Positions 43,718 to 55,078 of a stretch of 64,000 nucleotides of DNA are shown here, piece after piece; the first letter of the stretch is position 1, and each line of letters opens with the position of its first letter. A model generated the notes under the pieces. The model was not told the origin of the DNA. It ran no database searches and was given only the letters and a program-made list of their open reading frames with translations. The DNA comes from an uncultured Candidatus Saccharibacteria bacterium (GTDB lineage: Bacteria; Patescibacteriota; Saccharimonadia; Saccharimonadales; CAZVRA01), in assembly GCA_964630055.1 (NCBI GenBank), contig CAZVRA010000002.1:143021-207020 (forward strand), in the 5' to 3' direction. The position numbers and the translations under genes were made by a program.

Positions 43718-43754
43718 TTGACTCTTGACCAGTAGGACTCCCCCCTGTTATACT
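43718..43754 (+). promoter_or_regulatory. sigma70-type promoter of the atp operon
   Basis: TTGACC (43725-43730; an overlapping TTGACT at 43718-43723), 18-nt spacer, TATACT (43749-43754), about 105 nt upstream of atpB. Confidence 0.5.
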
Positions 43755-43860
43755 TGGCCCGAATGAGGAAAAAAGACGCCGCGCATCAGACGACGATTAT
43801 TGCTCACCGTGATTTTACAGCGGTGATTGGTTTTTGGCTAGCCTCCAGGGAGGCTATTAA

Positions 43861-44739
43861 ATGCTAGGCGCAAAGGGTTTTGCCAATTTCTTGTCTTTTT
43901 TTGCCAGCGAGGCAGCGCACGATGGCCCGCATATTGCCCTAACCCCCGAAAAAATTACTTCGATAGGTGGTTTCGATATAACCAACTCAGTTATTTACGG
44001 CATGGTTTGCGCTGTTTTGTTGGCGGCCATATTGTTAAGCGCCCGGTTTAAAATACATCAAAAAGCAGCTCGTGGTTTTGCCCAGCTCATAGAAATATTG
44101 GCAGAATTCATCATTGGGCTGGTCGAAGGGCCGCTAGGCAGTCGTAAAAAGGCCGTCCAGTATGCACCTATTTTTGGAACATTTTTTTTGTTTATTATTT
44201 TTAGCAACCTAATGGGCCTGTTGCCCATAGTCGGCCCTGGGGTTTTTGCTCATACCACCGAAGGTAACGCGCCGCTTTTTAGGCCGCTGACGGCCGACCT
44301 AAATGGCACACTCGCTTTGTCGATTATTGCCATTGTAACTGTCCAATATTTATCTATTAAGGAGTCGGGGTTTATGGGTCACCTTAAGCACTATTTTACC
44401 GACAAGCCGCTTAACCCAATCAATTTGTTTATTGGTATTTTAGAAGTTTTTGGCGAATTCACTCGCGTGGTTAGCCTGTCGCTGCGACTGTTTTTAAACA
44501 CGGCAGTTGGCGAAATATTGATTAGCGTTTTTACCTATATTGGCCGAGATTTTCGGTCGTTTACAATTCTGCCAATCGCTATGTTTGAGATGCTTGTGGC
44601 GGGCATCCAGGCTTATGTATTTACAGTACTTTGCGCCACATATCTGGGTTTGGCTATAAGCCATGCCCATGACGATGAACATCCAACACATGAGCCTGAC
44701 CCGGTGGTTGCGGCAATTGAGGGGGATGTTAGCCATTAA
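43861..44739 (+). CDS. atpB: F0F1 ATP synthase subunit a
   Basis: 292 aa, polytopic. LSLRLFLN with the essential Arg, first gene of the operon. Confidence 0.85.
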   Translation: MLGAKGFANFLSFFASEAAHDGPHIALTPEKITSIGGFDITNSVIYGMVCAVLLAAILLSARFKIHQKAARGFAQLIEILAEFIIGLVEGPLGSRKKAVQYAPIFGTFFLFIIFSNLMGLLPIVGPGVFAHTTEGNAPLFRPLTADLNGTLALSIIAIVTVQYLSIKESGFMGHLKHYFTDKPLNPINLFIGILEVFGEFTRVVSLSLRLFLNTAVGEILISVFTYIGRDFRSFTILPIAMFEMLVAGIQAYVFTVLCATYLGLAISHAHDDEHPTHEPDPVVAAIEGDVSH

Positions 44740-44837
44740 CTAAAATAATCCCTGCTTTAGTTCGAGGGGTCTAGCGTTGCAACGGCATCACTAGATCAAG
44801 CGGGCGGGTATGGTACAAAGTAAAAAAGGAGTAAAAA

Positions 44838-45104
44838 ATGGCACCATTAGTAACACGTTTCGCGGCCGACGCTGTAGAGGTAGCTCAGCGCGGTGGTTGG
44901 AACCCAACAGCTAGCAAAGCTTTTATGCTAGGCATTGCCTTTGCAGCTGCAGCCGGTGGCCTAGGTATGCTGGGCGCAAATTATATGAAGGCTTTAGGCC
45001 GTAACCCAGAAGCCGGTAAAGCTGCTGGCCAAATTGTGATCATCGCCGCTATGATCGAGGTCACCGCGCTGTTGGCCTTTTTGGGCGCGTTAATCATCAA
45101 ATAG
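44838..45104 (+). CDS. atpE: F0F1 ATP synthase subunit c
   Basis: 88 aa hairpin. GLGMLG...RNPE loop...AAMIEVTALLAF (carboxylate Glu). AAGGAG SD. Confidence 0.85.
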   Translation: MAPLVTRFAADAVEVAQRGGWNPTASKAFMLGIAFAAAAGGLGMLGANYMKALGRNPEAGKAAGQIVIIAAMIEVTALLAFLGALIIK

Positions 45105-45318
45105 GAACCGTTTGCATGAAAATTACATTGCATCCCCAGAATCTGCGATCCGCACTCATTGTACCTACAAGTCCGATTGTTTTGCGGTGCTCGGTTCTGG
45201 GGCGCAGTGTAGTTGCTCATATATTCGGCTCTTCATTAGCATGCCAGCATGGAACCAGGCGGTTCGGCGGTGTTTTGTGGCAAGGGCTAAACTTTCAAAA
45301 TGAATCAAGGAGATCGGC

Positions 45319-45885
45319 GTGAACATAATGACAATTGTGCAAGTGGCCAGTGCTGCTGCTGAAGGCGGCGAGAAGTCTGGTATTGCAGTTCTTGGCATAG
45401 ATCCCAAAGCTGTTATTTTGCAGGCGGGCACTTTTTTACTGCTCTTTTTAATTGTCAAAAAATTTGCCCTACGCGGTATTATTGACACTCTAGAGCAGCG
45501 GCGCTTAACCATCGACAAAGGTGTTGAGCTGGGCCAAGAAATGGAAAAAAAGAAGATCGAGTTTGATGCTGAGGTCGACAAACTGCGTCGACAAGCTCGA
45601 TCGGCTGCCGACGATATTATTGCGGCCGCTCACAAGGATGCCGGGCAAATTATCAAAGATGGCGAAGCCTCGGCGGCTCAGAAGGTTCAGTCTATGCTCG
45701 ATGATGCCGAAGCAAGGATTGGCCGCGAAATGGCTAAGGCTCGGACTGAGCTCAGGGCCGAGATGCAAAATTTAGTGGCCGACGCGACAGAGGTGATAAT
45801 TCACGAAAAGCTCGATGCCAAAAAAGATGCAAGTTTACTCGCCAGGGCGCTGTCGTCACTTAACTCCCTGAAGGGGGCCAACTAA
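45319..45885 (+). CDS. atpF: F0F1 ATP synthase subunit b
   Basis: 188 aa. One N-terminal TM, then a long charged coiled coil. GTG start with AAGGAG 6 nt upstream. Confidence 0.8.
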   Translation: MNIMTIVQVASAAAEGGEKSGIAVLGIDPKAVILQAGTFLLLFLIVKKFALRGIIDTLEQRRLTIDKGVELGQEMEKKKIEFDAEVDKLRRQARSAADDIIAAAHKDAGQIIKDGEASAAQKVQSMLDDAEARIGREMAKARTELRAEMQNLVADATEVIIHEKLDAKKDASLLARALSSLNSLKGAN

Positions 45886-46265
45886 TGCCCAGGCACTCTA
45901 ACGCCGATATTGCCAAAATTGTCCAACAAAGGCTAATATCTGGTGCCGCGACAGCCGATGTAGCTAGCTCATTGGCTGCCTATTTGTTGGTTGAGCGTCG
46001 CACTAAAGACGCAAAAGCCATCGTCCAGGAAGTTGCCCGTTTGCAGGCGGCTGCCGGCACTAAAGAGGTGGTCATAACATCGGCATTTCCGCTGGATAGC
46101 CAGCTGCAAAAGCAGTTAGCCGGCCTGTTCCCTGCACCCAAGCATGAAATTGTAAATATAACTGACCCGTCTGTAATTGGCGGCGTGTTGGTCGAATCGG
46201 GCGACGAGCAGCTCGACTGGACTATACGCCGACGATTACAGCGGCTAAGAAAGATTGGAGTATAA
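45885..46265 (+). CDS. atpH: F0F1 ATP synthase subunit delta (short, 126 aa)
   Basis: Position between atpF and atpA. C-terminal OSCP-type string [29 protein letters not shown]-terminal domain much shorter than usual. Confidence 0.75.
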   Translation: MPRHSNADIAKIVQQRLISGAATADVASSLAAYLLVERRTKDAKAIVQEVARLQAAAGTKEVVITSAFPLDSQLQKQLAGLFPAPKHEIVNITDPSVIGGVLVESGDEQLDWTIRRRLQRLRKIGV

Positions 46266-46269
46266 AATA

Positions 46270-47799
46270 ATGGCTGATATTTCTGTCAAAGCCCTTTCGG
46301 CTGATATCCGTGAGGCAATCGAACAACTCAAGACTAATGGCTCAACAGAGACCGTTGGTGTAGTAACTCGTGTTGGCGACGGCATTGTTTGGATATACGG
46401 ATTGAGATCTACCGGTTACAGCGAAATGCTTGAAATAGAAAGCAGTGACGGGACTTTGGTGCCGGCATTTGCCCTCAACCTGATGGAGGACGAGATTGGT
46501 GCTGTGCTAATGGGCGACGACATAAAAATTAAAGCTGGTGCCAAGGTTCGGCTAACTGGCGAGGTTTTGTCGGTGCCAATTGGACCAGAGCTAATCGGGC
46601 GAATTGTTGACCCCCTGGGCCGACCTATCGATGGTGGCGGGCCTATCAAAACTAAGCAACGTGGCCTGATCGAGCAATCTGCTCCTGGTGTTTTGGATCG
46701 TAAAAGTGTTAACGAACCACTGATGACCGGTTTGTTATCTATTGATGCCATGGTGCCAATTGGCCGTGGTCAACGAGAGCTGATTATTGGCGACCGTCAG
46801 ACCGGTAAAACCGCTTTGGCGCTCGATACCATGATTAACCAGCACCGCCAAAAAACTGGCGTTATTAATATATATGTAGCAATTGGCCAAAAACTTAGCA
46901 AAGTGTCGCGTTTGGTGGAACGTCTCAAGCGCGAAGGTGTTATGGATCAAACTATTGTGGTGGCCACTAGCGCCAGCGATCCGGCCAGTTTGCAGTACCT
47001 GGCCCCTTATGCCGGTGCTGCCATGGGTGAGTATTTCCGCGACAACAAAGGCCACGCACTAATTATTTACGACGACCTTACTAAGCACGCGGTGGCTTAT
47101 CGCCAAATGTCGCTACTGCTGCGCCGTCCACCCGGCCGCGAAGCCTACCCTGGCGATGTTTTTTACCTGCATTCGCGTTTGTTGGAACGGGCCGCAAAAT
47201 TAAGCGACGAATTAGGCGGTGGTTCCTTAACTGCCCTGCCAATTATCGAAACCCAGGCTGGCGATATTAGCGCCTACATTCCAACCAACGTCATTTCTAT
47301 TACCGACGGCCAAATTTTTATGGAAACCAATTTGTTCTACCAAGGTATCCGTCCAGCTGTGTCGGTTGGCTTGAGTGTTAGCCGTGTCGGTGGCGCTGCC
47401 CAAACCAAGGCTGTTAAAAGCGTGGCTGGCAGCTTGCGCCTGGACCTAGCTCAGTTCCGTGAACTGGCGGCTTTTGCTCAGTTTAGTACCGACCTGGACC
47501 CGGAGACAAAGGCTAAGATTGCCCGTGGTCAGCGTTTGACCGAGCTGCTCAAGCAGCCGCAATATAGCCCCTTGAGCGTCTGGCAGCAAACTGCTAGCCT
47601 GCTGGCGGCTACCGAGGGGGCCTTTGACCATGTTCCAGTCGACAAGGTTAAAGAAGCGCAAGGTTTGTTGCTGCACGAGCTCGGCAGCCAGCACAAAAAC
47701 GTCATGACCGAGCTAGACAAGGGCGACAAGCCGTCGGATAAAACTAAGGAAATAATTTTGTCGGTAGCTAAAGATATTACTAAAGGCTTAGAGGCGTAA
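46270..47799 (+). CDS. atpA: F0F1 ATP synthase subunit alpha
   Basis: GDRQTGKTA Walker A, ...[27 protein letters not shown]... ATG at 46270, just after the atpH stop. Confidence 0.95.
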   Translation: MADISVKALSADIREAIEQLKTNGSTETVGVVTRVGDGIVWIYGLRSTGYSEMLEIESSDGTLVPAFALNLMEDEIGAVLMGDDIKIKAGAKVRLTGEVLSVPIGPELIGRIVDPLGRPIDGGGPIKTKQRGLIEQSAPGVLDRKSVNEPLMTGLLSIDAMVPIGRGQRELIIGDRQTGKTALALDTMINQHRQKTGVINIYVAIGQKLSKVSRLVERLKREGVMDQTIVVATSASDPASLQYLAPYAGAAMGEYFRDNKGHALIIYDDLTKHAVAYRQMSLLLRRPPGREAYPGDVFYLHSRLLERAAKLSDELGGGSLTALPIIETQAGDISAYIPTNVISITDGQIFMETNLFYQGIRPAVSVGLSVSRVGGAAQTKAVKSVAGSLRLDLAQFRELAAFAQFSTDLDPETKAKIARGQRLTELLKQPQYSPLSVWQQTASLLAATEGAFDHVPVDKVKEAQGLLLHELGSQHKNVMTELDKGDKPSDKTKEIILSVAKDITKGLEA

Positions 47800-47813
47800 A
47801 AGAGCAATAAATT

Positions 47814-48827
47814 ATGGCATCGCAACAGCAAATCAAGCAGCGAATTGGCAGTGTTAAGAACACTAGACAAATCACCAAGGCTATGGAGTTGGTTAGTGCC
47901 AGCAAAATGCGGCGGGCCCAAGAGGCAGTTATGCGAGGCCGCGATTATAGTCGCATGGCAGCTAAATTACTGACTCGGTTACGAGAATTAACTGACGTTA
48001 ATAAGAACGAATTGTTCGCACTCAGGCCTCAGCCCAAGGCGCGGCTGCATATAGTCATTACTAGCGATCGTGGTCTGGCTGGTGCTTACAATAGCAGTGT
48101 TCTGAGGGCGTTTGCGCAAGCAGTTCAGAATGATCGCAACCATAACTTGGCCAGCTACGTTATTACAATTGGTCGGCAAGGCAGCAACTTTGCTGGTAAG
48201 TTGGAGTATGTGCAAAGTTTGGGCGCTTACACCGACTTCCCTGACCGTCCTACGGCTAATGACCTAAGCCCAATTTTGGACACTGCACTAAGCGCTTTTA
48301 TTAAAGGCGGACGCCAGCCTATCAGCGACGAGGAAATTGCTGTCTTGGCCGAAAAAGCTGACCAAAAAATATCGGCTGATGGTAAAACAGATCCAAGCGT
48401 GGGGCAGCCGCTGCCCAAAGCTCAAGAGCTTGCCGAGGAATTAGTCGTGCCTGGTGTAGACTATGTCGACGTTATTTTTACTGATTATAAATCAAGCATA
48501 GTGCAAGAAGTCTCGACCCTCTGTTTGCTGCCAGCTGCTTTTGTCGAAGAGCCGGTTGATAGCGACCTGGAACTAGCCGTATTTGAGCCCAGTGCTAGCG
48601 CAGTGCTAGATAGCGTCGCTCAGCGCTTGGTCGAGTCACAATTGTATCAGGCCCTGCTGGAAAGTTCTGCCAGCGAGCAGTCTTCGCGCATGATGGCCAT
48701 GAAAAACGCTAGCGACAACGCCGGTGATATTATCGACGATCTGACATTGGCATTCAATACCGCCCGGCAAGCTAGCATTACCCAAGAGTTGGCCGAAATA
48801 ACCGGTGGTGCCGAGGCCATAAGCTAG
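47814..48827 (+). CDS. atpG: F0F1 ATP synthase subunit gamma (337 aa, with internal insertion)
   Basis: IKQRIGSVKNTRQITKAMELVSASKMRRAQ N-terminus and ...ITQELAEITGGAEA C-terminus. Extra ~48 aa at about 48312-48455. Confidence 0.9.
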   Translation: MASQQQIKQRIGSVKNTRQITKAMELVSASKMRRAQEAVMRGRDYSRMAAKLLTRLRELTDVNKNELFALRPQPKARLHIVITSDRGLAGAYNSSVLRAFAQAVQNDRNHNLASYVITIGRQGSNFAGKLEYVQSLGAYTDFPDRPTANDLSPILDTALSAFIKGGRQPISDEEIAVLAEKADQKISADGKTDPSVGQPLPKAQELAEELVVPGVDYVDVIFTDYKSSIVQEVSTLCLLPAAFVEEPVDSDLELAVFEPSASAVLDSVAQRLVESQLYQALLESSASEQSSRMMAMKNASDNAGDIIDDLTLAFNTARQASITQELAEITGGAEAIS

Positions 48828-48846
48828 CGCAATTACCAATAAATAA

Positions 48847-50273
<1,427 letters not shown>

Positions 50274-50274
<1 letters not shown>

Positions 50275-50705
50275 TGATAACTTTTGAGCTGGTAACACTA
50301 GACGGCACAAAATTTGGCGAGCAAGTCGCCGAAGTCGTGCTGCCTACCCCGGACGGCTTGATTGCTGTTTTTCCGGATCACATGCCGCTAGTTAGCCTGG
50401 CAGTTCCAGGCGTAATTAGCGTTCGCCGCCGATCTGGTGACTCCGATAGCAAGTTAGAATATTTTGCTACCAATGGTGGAGTCATAGAAATAACTGGCGA
50501 CACGGTGCGGGTGCTGGTGGACGAGGCTGATCGAGAAGACGAAGTCAACGAGCAAGAGGCTCAGGAAGCATTTGAACGAGCTATTGTTGCCCAGCGTAGC
50601 GCTCGGGACCGAGTCAGCTTAGAGCATGCGCAGGCCATGGTAGATCGCCAGGCCTCACGCTTGCGAGTTGCCGAACTTCGGCGTCGCAAACAGCGACGAA
50701 TATAG
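50274..50705 (+). CDS. atpC: F0F1 ATP synthase subunit epsilon
   Basis: 143 aa. Last operon position, GTG overlapping the atpD stop. Beta-sandwich plus helical C-terminus pattern. Confidence 0.8.
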
Positions 50706-50811
50706 CGACGCATACAGCTTGGCTGCCTTAGCTGCAAAAAAACTTGCGTATATCGTCAATAGTCGCTAGAATCTTTCTGTTATCACAAAATATAAATAAG
50801 GGAAAGTACGC

Positions 50812-51741
50812 ATGAGAGACATTTTTCGCATGTCCCCGGAATCTGAGAGGATGCCCACTATGACCACACAAATTATTGATTTAGGCCCCGGTAACCAGGG
50901 AGCAATTGGCCCCAAATCGCCAGAAGAGCAAAACCAAGTTGAAGCGCGCGTGAATAGCCCAGAATACGTGTCGGCAGTCGATAAATTTTGTGTATGCTGT
51001 ATAGATGGTCGTTTTAAGGCCGAAGATAGGGGGGGGCTTTATCCGATGCAAATCGCTGGCAGCGAACCGGTGTCGCGCATGGCGGCCGATTTAATGCTGC
51101 ACGGCGCCCAAGCTGAATCCATAAGTAAGCTAGCGGCTACTCGCACTAAAGCGGCAGTCGATCATGGTGTAACTGTTTTTGTTCATGGAGACGATCATGC
51201 TGGCGAATCTGGCTGTGCGGCCAACGCCAAACTGCGACAGATACTCACTAGCGCCGCAGATAACGCCGATACTATATCGGCTCTAACGGCTGGAGTAGCC
51301 GAGGCAATAGGCTTGCCGGTTAGCGACAGCGTTAATTCGGATGTTCATGATCTAATTGTTAATGGTGCTAAGGCCGCCGATAAAGACAGTATTTGGGATG
51401 CCACTCCAGCGCAGCTGGCAGCAGTTATGCTTAAAAATGGCGCCAATTATCAAGAGTTTGAGGGCGCACATTTAGAGGACGTAATTGCTTTAACCACCGA
51501 TCCGGACACTACGTTTAATGGTACGCTCTATTCAGTTGCCAGGCAGGCCGAGGCTGAGTCTGCGCAGGCATTTGTGGTGTCTATGGGGGCTTTTGCGCAA
51601 AGCATGATAGAGCGAGATCAAAAAGCTGGCCATGATGAGTCGGCTGTTATGAGCGAAGTTTTGGCAGTAATTGCCTTTCAGGTGGCTGCTGGCAAGTTCT
51701 TGGGCAATAAAAACTTGCAAGTTGCTTTATTGAAAAAGTAG
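50812..51741 (+). CDS. hypothetical protein (Cys/His-containing)
   Basis: 309-aa ORF with AAGGGA SD. Contains FCVCCIDGRF and VHGDDHAGESGCAAN. No family recognised. Confidence 0.65.
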   Translation: MRDIFRMSPESERMPTMTTQIIDLGPGNQGAIGPKSPEEQNQVEARVNSPEYVSAVDKFCVCCIDGRFKAEDRGGLYPMQIAGSEPVSRMAADLMLHGAQAESISKLAATRTKAAVDHGVTVFVHGDDHAGESGCAANAKLRQILTSAADNADTISALTAGVAEAIGLPVSDSVNSDVHDLIVNGAKAADKDSIWDATPAQLAAVMLKNGANYQEFEGAHLEDVIALTTDPDTTFNGTLYSVARQAEAESAQAFVVSMGAFAQSMIERDQKAGHDESAVMSEVLAVIAFQVAAGKFLGNKNLQVALLKK

Positions 51742-51820
51742 TAAATCCTACTACAATATCTTGCATTTTTTGTGCCAACGTATTATGGTTAGTGTATTAA
51801 CAGTTCTTAAGGAGGGTCCT

Positions 51821-52552
51821 ATGGTATTACGAGAAAGGCTTGCCCAGGTGGTAGCCGAGTTTTTGGGTACCGCAGTTTTGGTAATTGCGGTCTATTCTAT
51901 AGCAGCGCGGACATCGTTTCCGCTGTTTAGTGCAATTGCTGCCGCCATGGCAGTCGGTATTGGTATTCTAACAGTTGGCGCCACATCTGGCGGGCATTTT
52001 AATCCGGCGGTCACTTTTGGACTTTGGACTATTCGCAAAGTGCGAACAATGCCAGCAATATTAAACATTGCGGCTCAGTTTTTGGGCGCTTATGCAGCTT
52101 TGGCACTGCTAAAATATTTTTTGGGTCATTCGCTAGAAAGTCTGGCGGCCAAGAACTTTGAATGGAAAGTTTTTTGGGCTGAGCTAATTGGTACGGCAGT
52201 ATTTGTCTTTGGCATTGCGGCTGCAATTTACCAAAGATATGAGGGCGGTCGTTTAGCCACAGCTATTGCTGGATCATTGCTAATCGCTATATTGGTTGCC
52301 TCAATGGCATCTAATGGAGTACTGAACCCGGCGGTAGCTTATGGTATGCAGTCTTGGAACATGACCTATGCCATTGCCCCACTAGTTGGTGGTTTGATAG
52401 GTGCTAACCTTTACTCACTGTTGTTTGCCGCTGATTTTCCAACTGTAAGAATTGTCAGCGCATCTGATTTGTCGCGCAGCAAAAATACAATTGTGCGTTC
52501 TAGCTCTAGTAGCCATAAAAAAATCGTCAAAGGTAACAAAAAATCACGTTAA
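51821..52552 (+). CDS. MIP-family channel (aquaporin/glycerol facilitator-like)
   Basis: Two NPA boxes (GGHFNPAVTFG, GVLNPAVAYG). ATG at 51821 is preceded by AAGGAGG. Confidence 0.85.
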   Translation: MVLRERLAQVVAEFLGTAVLVIAVYSIAARTSFPLFSAIAAAMAVGIGILTVGATSGGHFNPAVTFGLWTIRKVRTMPAILNIAAQFLGAYAALALLKYFLGHSLESLAAKNFEWKVFWAELIGTAVFVFGIAAAIYQRYEGGRLATAIAGSLLIAILVASMASNGVLNPAVAYGMQSWNMTYAIAPLVGGLIGANLYSLLFAADFPTVRIVSASDLSRSKNTIVRSSSSSHKKIVKGNKKSR

Positions 52553-52674
52553 GCTCAAGTGGCTTAAGGCAGCCTGTCTAACAAGTTGCTTTAAGGCGCG
52601 GCATCTAGCAGCACCTCGCAGTTTGCGGGGTGTTGTTATTTTGTGCTTTATCCATCATTTAACACCTTGGAGCG

Positions 52675-52683
52675 TGCTATAAT
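52675..52683 (+). promoter_or_regulatory. extended -10 promoter element driving a leaderless GT4 transcript
   Basis: TGcTATAAT (52675-52683), then 6 nt, then ATG at 52690. No SD. Confidence 0.45.
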
Positions 52684-52689
52684 AAACTT

Positions 52690-53853
52690 ATGCGAATTGG
52701 TTTGGTGTGTCCATATAATTACTTTCGACCAGGCGGTGTGCAGTTGTGCATAGCCGAGCTCGACAAGTACCTAACTGCTCGTGGTCATTATGTCAAAATT
52801 ATTGCTCCCAGACCCGCCGCCGACAAAACACCCCAAAAAATACCCAAGAATATAATTCTGCTTGGTAGGTCTACCGAGCTTAACACCCCTTTTCATACCA
52901 AGGCCGACATAAACATTGCTCGCGACATCGAAGCTATAGACGGTATGTTTGCCCGCGAGCAATTTGATGTAGTTCATTTTCATGAGCCTGGTATCCCTGC
53001 CCTTTCGGTACAGCTGCTTAACCGTTCGCCGGCGGCTAATGTGGGCACTATGCACTCTAGCCTGCCCGAAGGCATGGTCGCTAAATCTTTTCAAAAATTA
53101 ATGGCTCCGTTTGCTCAGTATATTGAACTGCGTCTAGACGCCGTAACTGCCGTCTCGGAGGCGGCACTTGAGACGGCCATGGGCTACGTGCAAACAGAGG
53201 CTCATGACGTTAAAATTATACCTAATGGTGTAGACGTGGCTCGTTTTCGCAAACCCACCAAGCTATCGGCCGATATAGCACAGCAGATAGATCCGACCAA
53301 AAAGATAATTTTGTCTATTGGGCGTTTAGAAAAACGCAAAGGCCCCAGTTATTTGCTGCGAGCCTATCACCAACTGCGCTCTCGTCGCGATGACATCCAG
53401 TTATTAATAGTTGGCGAAGGCCATAAACGGGCTAATTTGGAGCAATACATCGAACGCCACGAAGTACCAGATGTGGCTTTTTTGGGGTTTGTAAGCGAAG
53501 ACGACAAAGTGGCATTACTGCACAAAGCCGATGTTTATACTAGCCCGGCTCTTTTTGGCGAAAGCTTTGGTATTGTGCTGCTCGAGGCTATGGCAGCTGG
53601 CTGCGTTACTGTGGCCGGCGATAACCCAGGCTACACCGCTGTTATGCAGGAAACTGGCAAATTGAGCTTAGTCAACCCGCGCGACACCAGGCATTTCTCT
53701 GAGCGATTAGAGATAATGCTTTTTGATGAGCAAGTGCGCAAGCTTTGGCTCAAATGGGCTAGCCAGTACGTTGAGCAATTTGACTTTAGCCATGTGGTAG
53801 ATCAGTACGAAGCAATATATCGCAGTGTTATAAAAAAGCCTGTTAAGGAGTAG
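52690..53853 (+). CDS. family 4 glycosyltransferase (GT-B)
   Basis: 387 aa. ...GRLEKRKG..., ESFGIVLLEAMAAG (EX7E region). Confidence 0.85.
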   Translation: MRIGLVCPYNYFRPGGVQLCIAELDKYLTARGHYVKIIAPRPAADKTPQKIPKNIILLGRSTELNTPFHTKADINIARDIEAIDGMFAREQFDVVHFHEPGIPALSVQLLNRSPAANVGTMHSSLPEGMVAKSFQKLMAPFAQYIELRLDAVTAVSEAALETAMGYVQTEAHDVKIIPNGVDVARFRKPTKLSADIAQQIDPTKKIILSIGRLEKRKGPSYLLRAYHQLRSRRDDIQLLIVGEGHKRANLEQYIERHEVPDVAFLGFVSEDDKVALLHKADVYTSPALFGESFGIVLLEAMAAGCVTVAGDNPGYTAVMQETGKLSLVNPRDTRHFSERLEIMLFDEQVRKLWLKWASQYVEQFDFSHVVDQYEAIYRSVIKKPVKE

Positions 53854-53859
53854 CCGACA

Positions 53860-55068
53860 TTGCCCAAACAGCATACTAAAACTATTTTAAATAAGTACTC
53901 GATGCCTGGTTCGCTAGACCAGTTAAAAAGCCAGTCTAAAGCGCCACTTTGTATTGGTTTGCTGCTTGATGATTCTCTGGATAGTTCCGATGGCGTCCAG
54001 CAATATGTGCTGACACTTGGTAGCTGGCTAACGCAACAGGGTCACGATGTTCATTATATTTGTGGGCAAACAAAACGGAATGATCTGGCTAATCTACATC
54101 CGCTAAGTCGCAACACTAGGGTACGTTTTAACAAAAATGTTTTGTCGATACCGCGTGGTGCTTCTAGGACTGCTATTCGACTTTTGCTTGACCGCTATAA
54201 GTTCGACGTTTTGCATGTACAGATGCCTTTTAGCCCGTTGTTGGCCGGACGAGTTATTAACGCTGCGCCGTCAACCACCAAAATAATTGGCACTTTTCAT
54301 ATTTTGCCAGCGTCGCGCGGCGCAGCAATTGGCACGCGCTTGCTGGGTCATATCACGCGCCGTCAGCTCAAGCGTTTCGACAGCTGCATTAGCGTTTCCG
54401 AGCCAGCTCGTTTGTACATGAAGCAAGCATTTAAACTAGACAGTGTGGTTATACCAAATGCCATAGAGGTTGCAAAATTTGCAGCTGGCAATGGGCCCAA
54501 GCAGTTGTCTGTTGGAGCTGCTGCCAGCGAAAAAAAGATTGTTTTTTTGGGCCGCTTAGTGCCGCGCAAAGGCGCCAGGTATTTATTAGAAGCCTTTGCC
54601 CATTTGTCGCCCGACCATAACGCAAAACTCATTATTGGCGGCACAGGAAATTTGCTGAGCAGTCTGGTAGCCAGATCAATGCAGTTAGGCCTGGAAGGCA
54701 GGGTTAGATTTGTTGGCTATGTCGATGAGCCTCACAAAAGCCGCTTTTTGGCCGACGCCGATATAGCAGTATTTCCGAGCACCAGCGGCGAAAGTTTTGG
54801 CATTATACTGCTCGAAGCCATGGCGGCCGGCGCCGGTGTAGTTTTGGGCGGTAATAATCCTGGTTATGCTTCGGTTTTAACTGACAAGTCTATGGTATTT
54901 GATCCCAAAGATACTGCCGGTTTGGCCGCCCGCCTAGACGGGCTGCTGAGCTATCCGGTAGTAGCCCAAAAAATGCACAATGTGCAACAAGCAATGGTCA
55001 AAAAGTATGACATTGGCGTTGTTGGCCCGCAGATACTATCTGTTTACCAGGCTGTTGACGGCCAGTAG
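53860..55068 (+). CDS. family 4 glycosyltransferase (GT-B)
   Basis: 402 aa. GRLVPRKG, ESFGIILLEAMAAG. TTG start supported by AAGGAG 9 nt upstream. Confidence 0.85.
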   Translation: MPKQHTKTILNKYSMPGSLDQLKSQSKAPLCIGLLLDDSLDSSDGVQQYVLTLGSWLTQQGHDVHYICGQTKRNDLANLHPLSRNTRVRFNKNVLSIPRGASRTAIRLLLDRYKFDVLHVQMPFSPLLAGRVINAAPSTTKIIGTFHILPASRGAAIGTRLLGHITRRQLKRFDSCISVSEPARLYMKQAFKLDSVVIPNAIEVAKFAAGNGPKQLSVGAAASEKKIVFLGRLVPRKGARYLLEAFAHLSPDHNAKLIIGGTGNLLSSLVARSMQLGLEGRVRFVGYVDEPHKSRFLADADIAVFPSTSGESFGIILLEAMAAGAGVVLGGNNPGYASVLTDKSMVFDPKDTAGLAARLDGLLSYPVVAQKMHNVQQAMVKKYDIGVVGPQILSVYQAVDGQ

Positions 55069-55078
55069 CATTAGTTAG

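Noticed and set aside
43763-43867. 34-codon ORF upstream of and overlapping the atpB start, considered as a possible AtpI/AtpZ-like gene.
   Set aside because: It has no SD, no convincing transmembrane helix, and is much shorter than AtpI. It is more likely part of the atp 5' leader.
45112-45322. ORFs of 63 and 68 aa in the atpE-atpF spacer.
   Set aside because: They have overlapping alternative frames, Arg/Cys/Ser-rich non-protein-like composition, and no SD. The spacer is better treated as non-coding and possibly structured.
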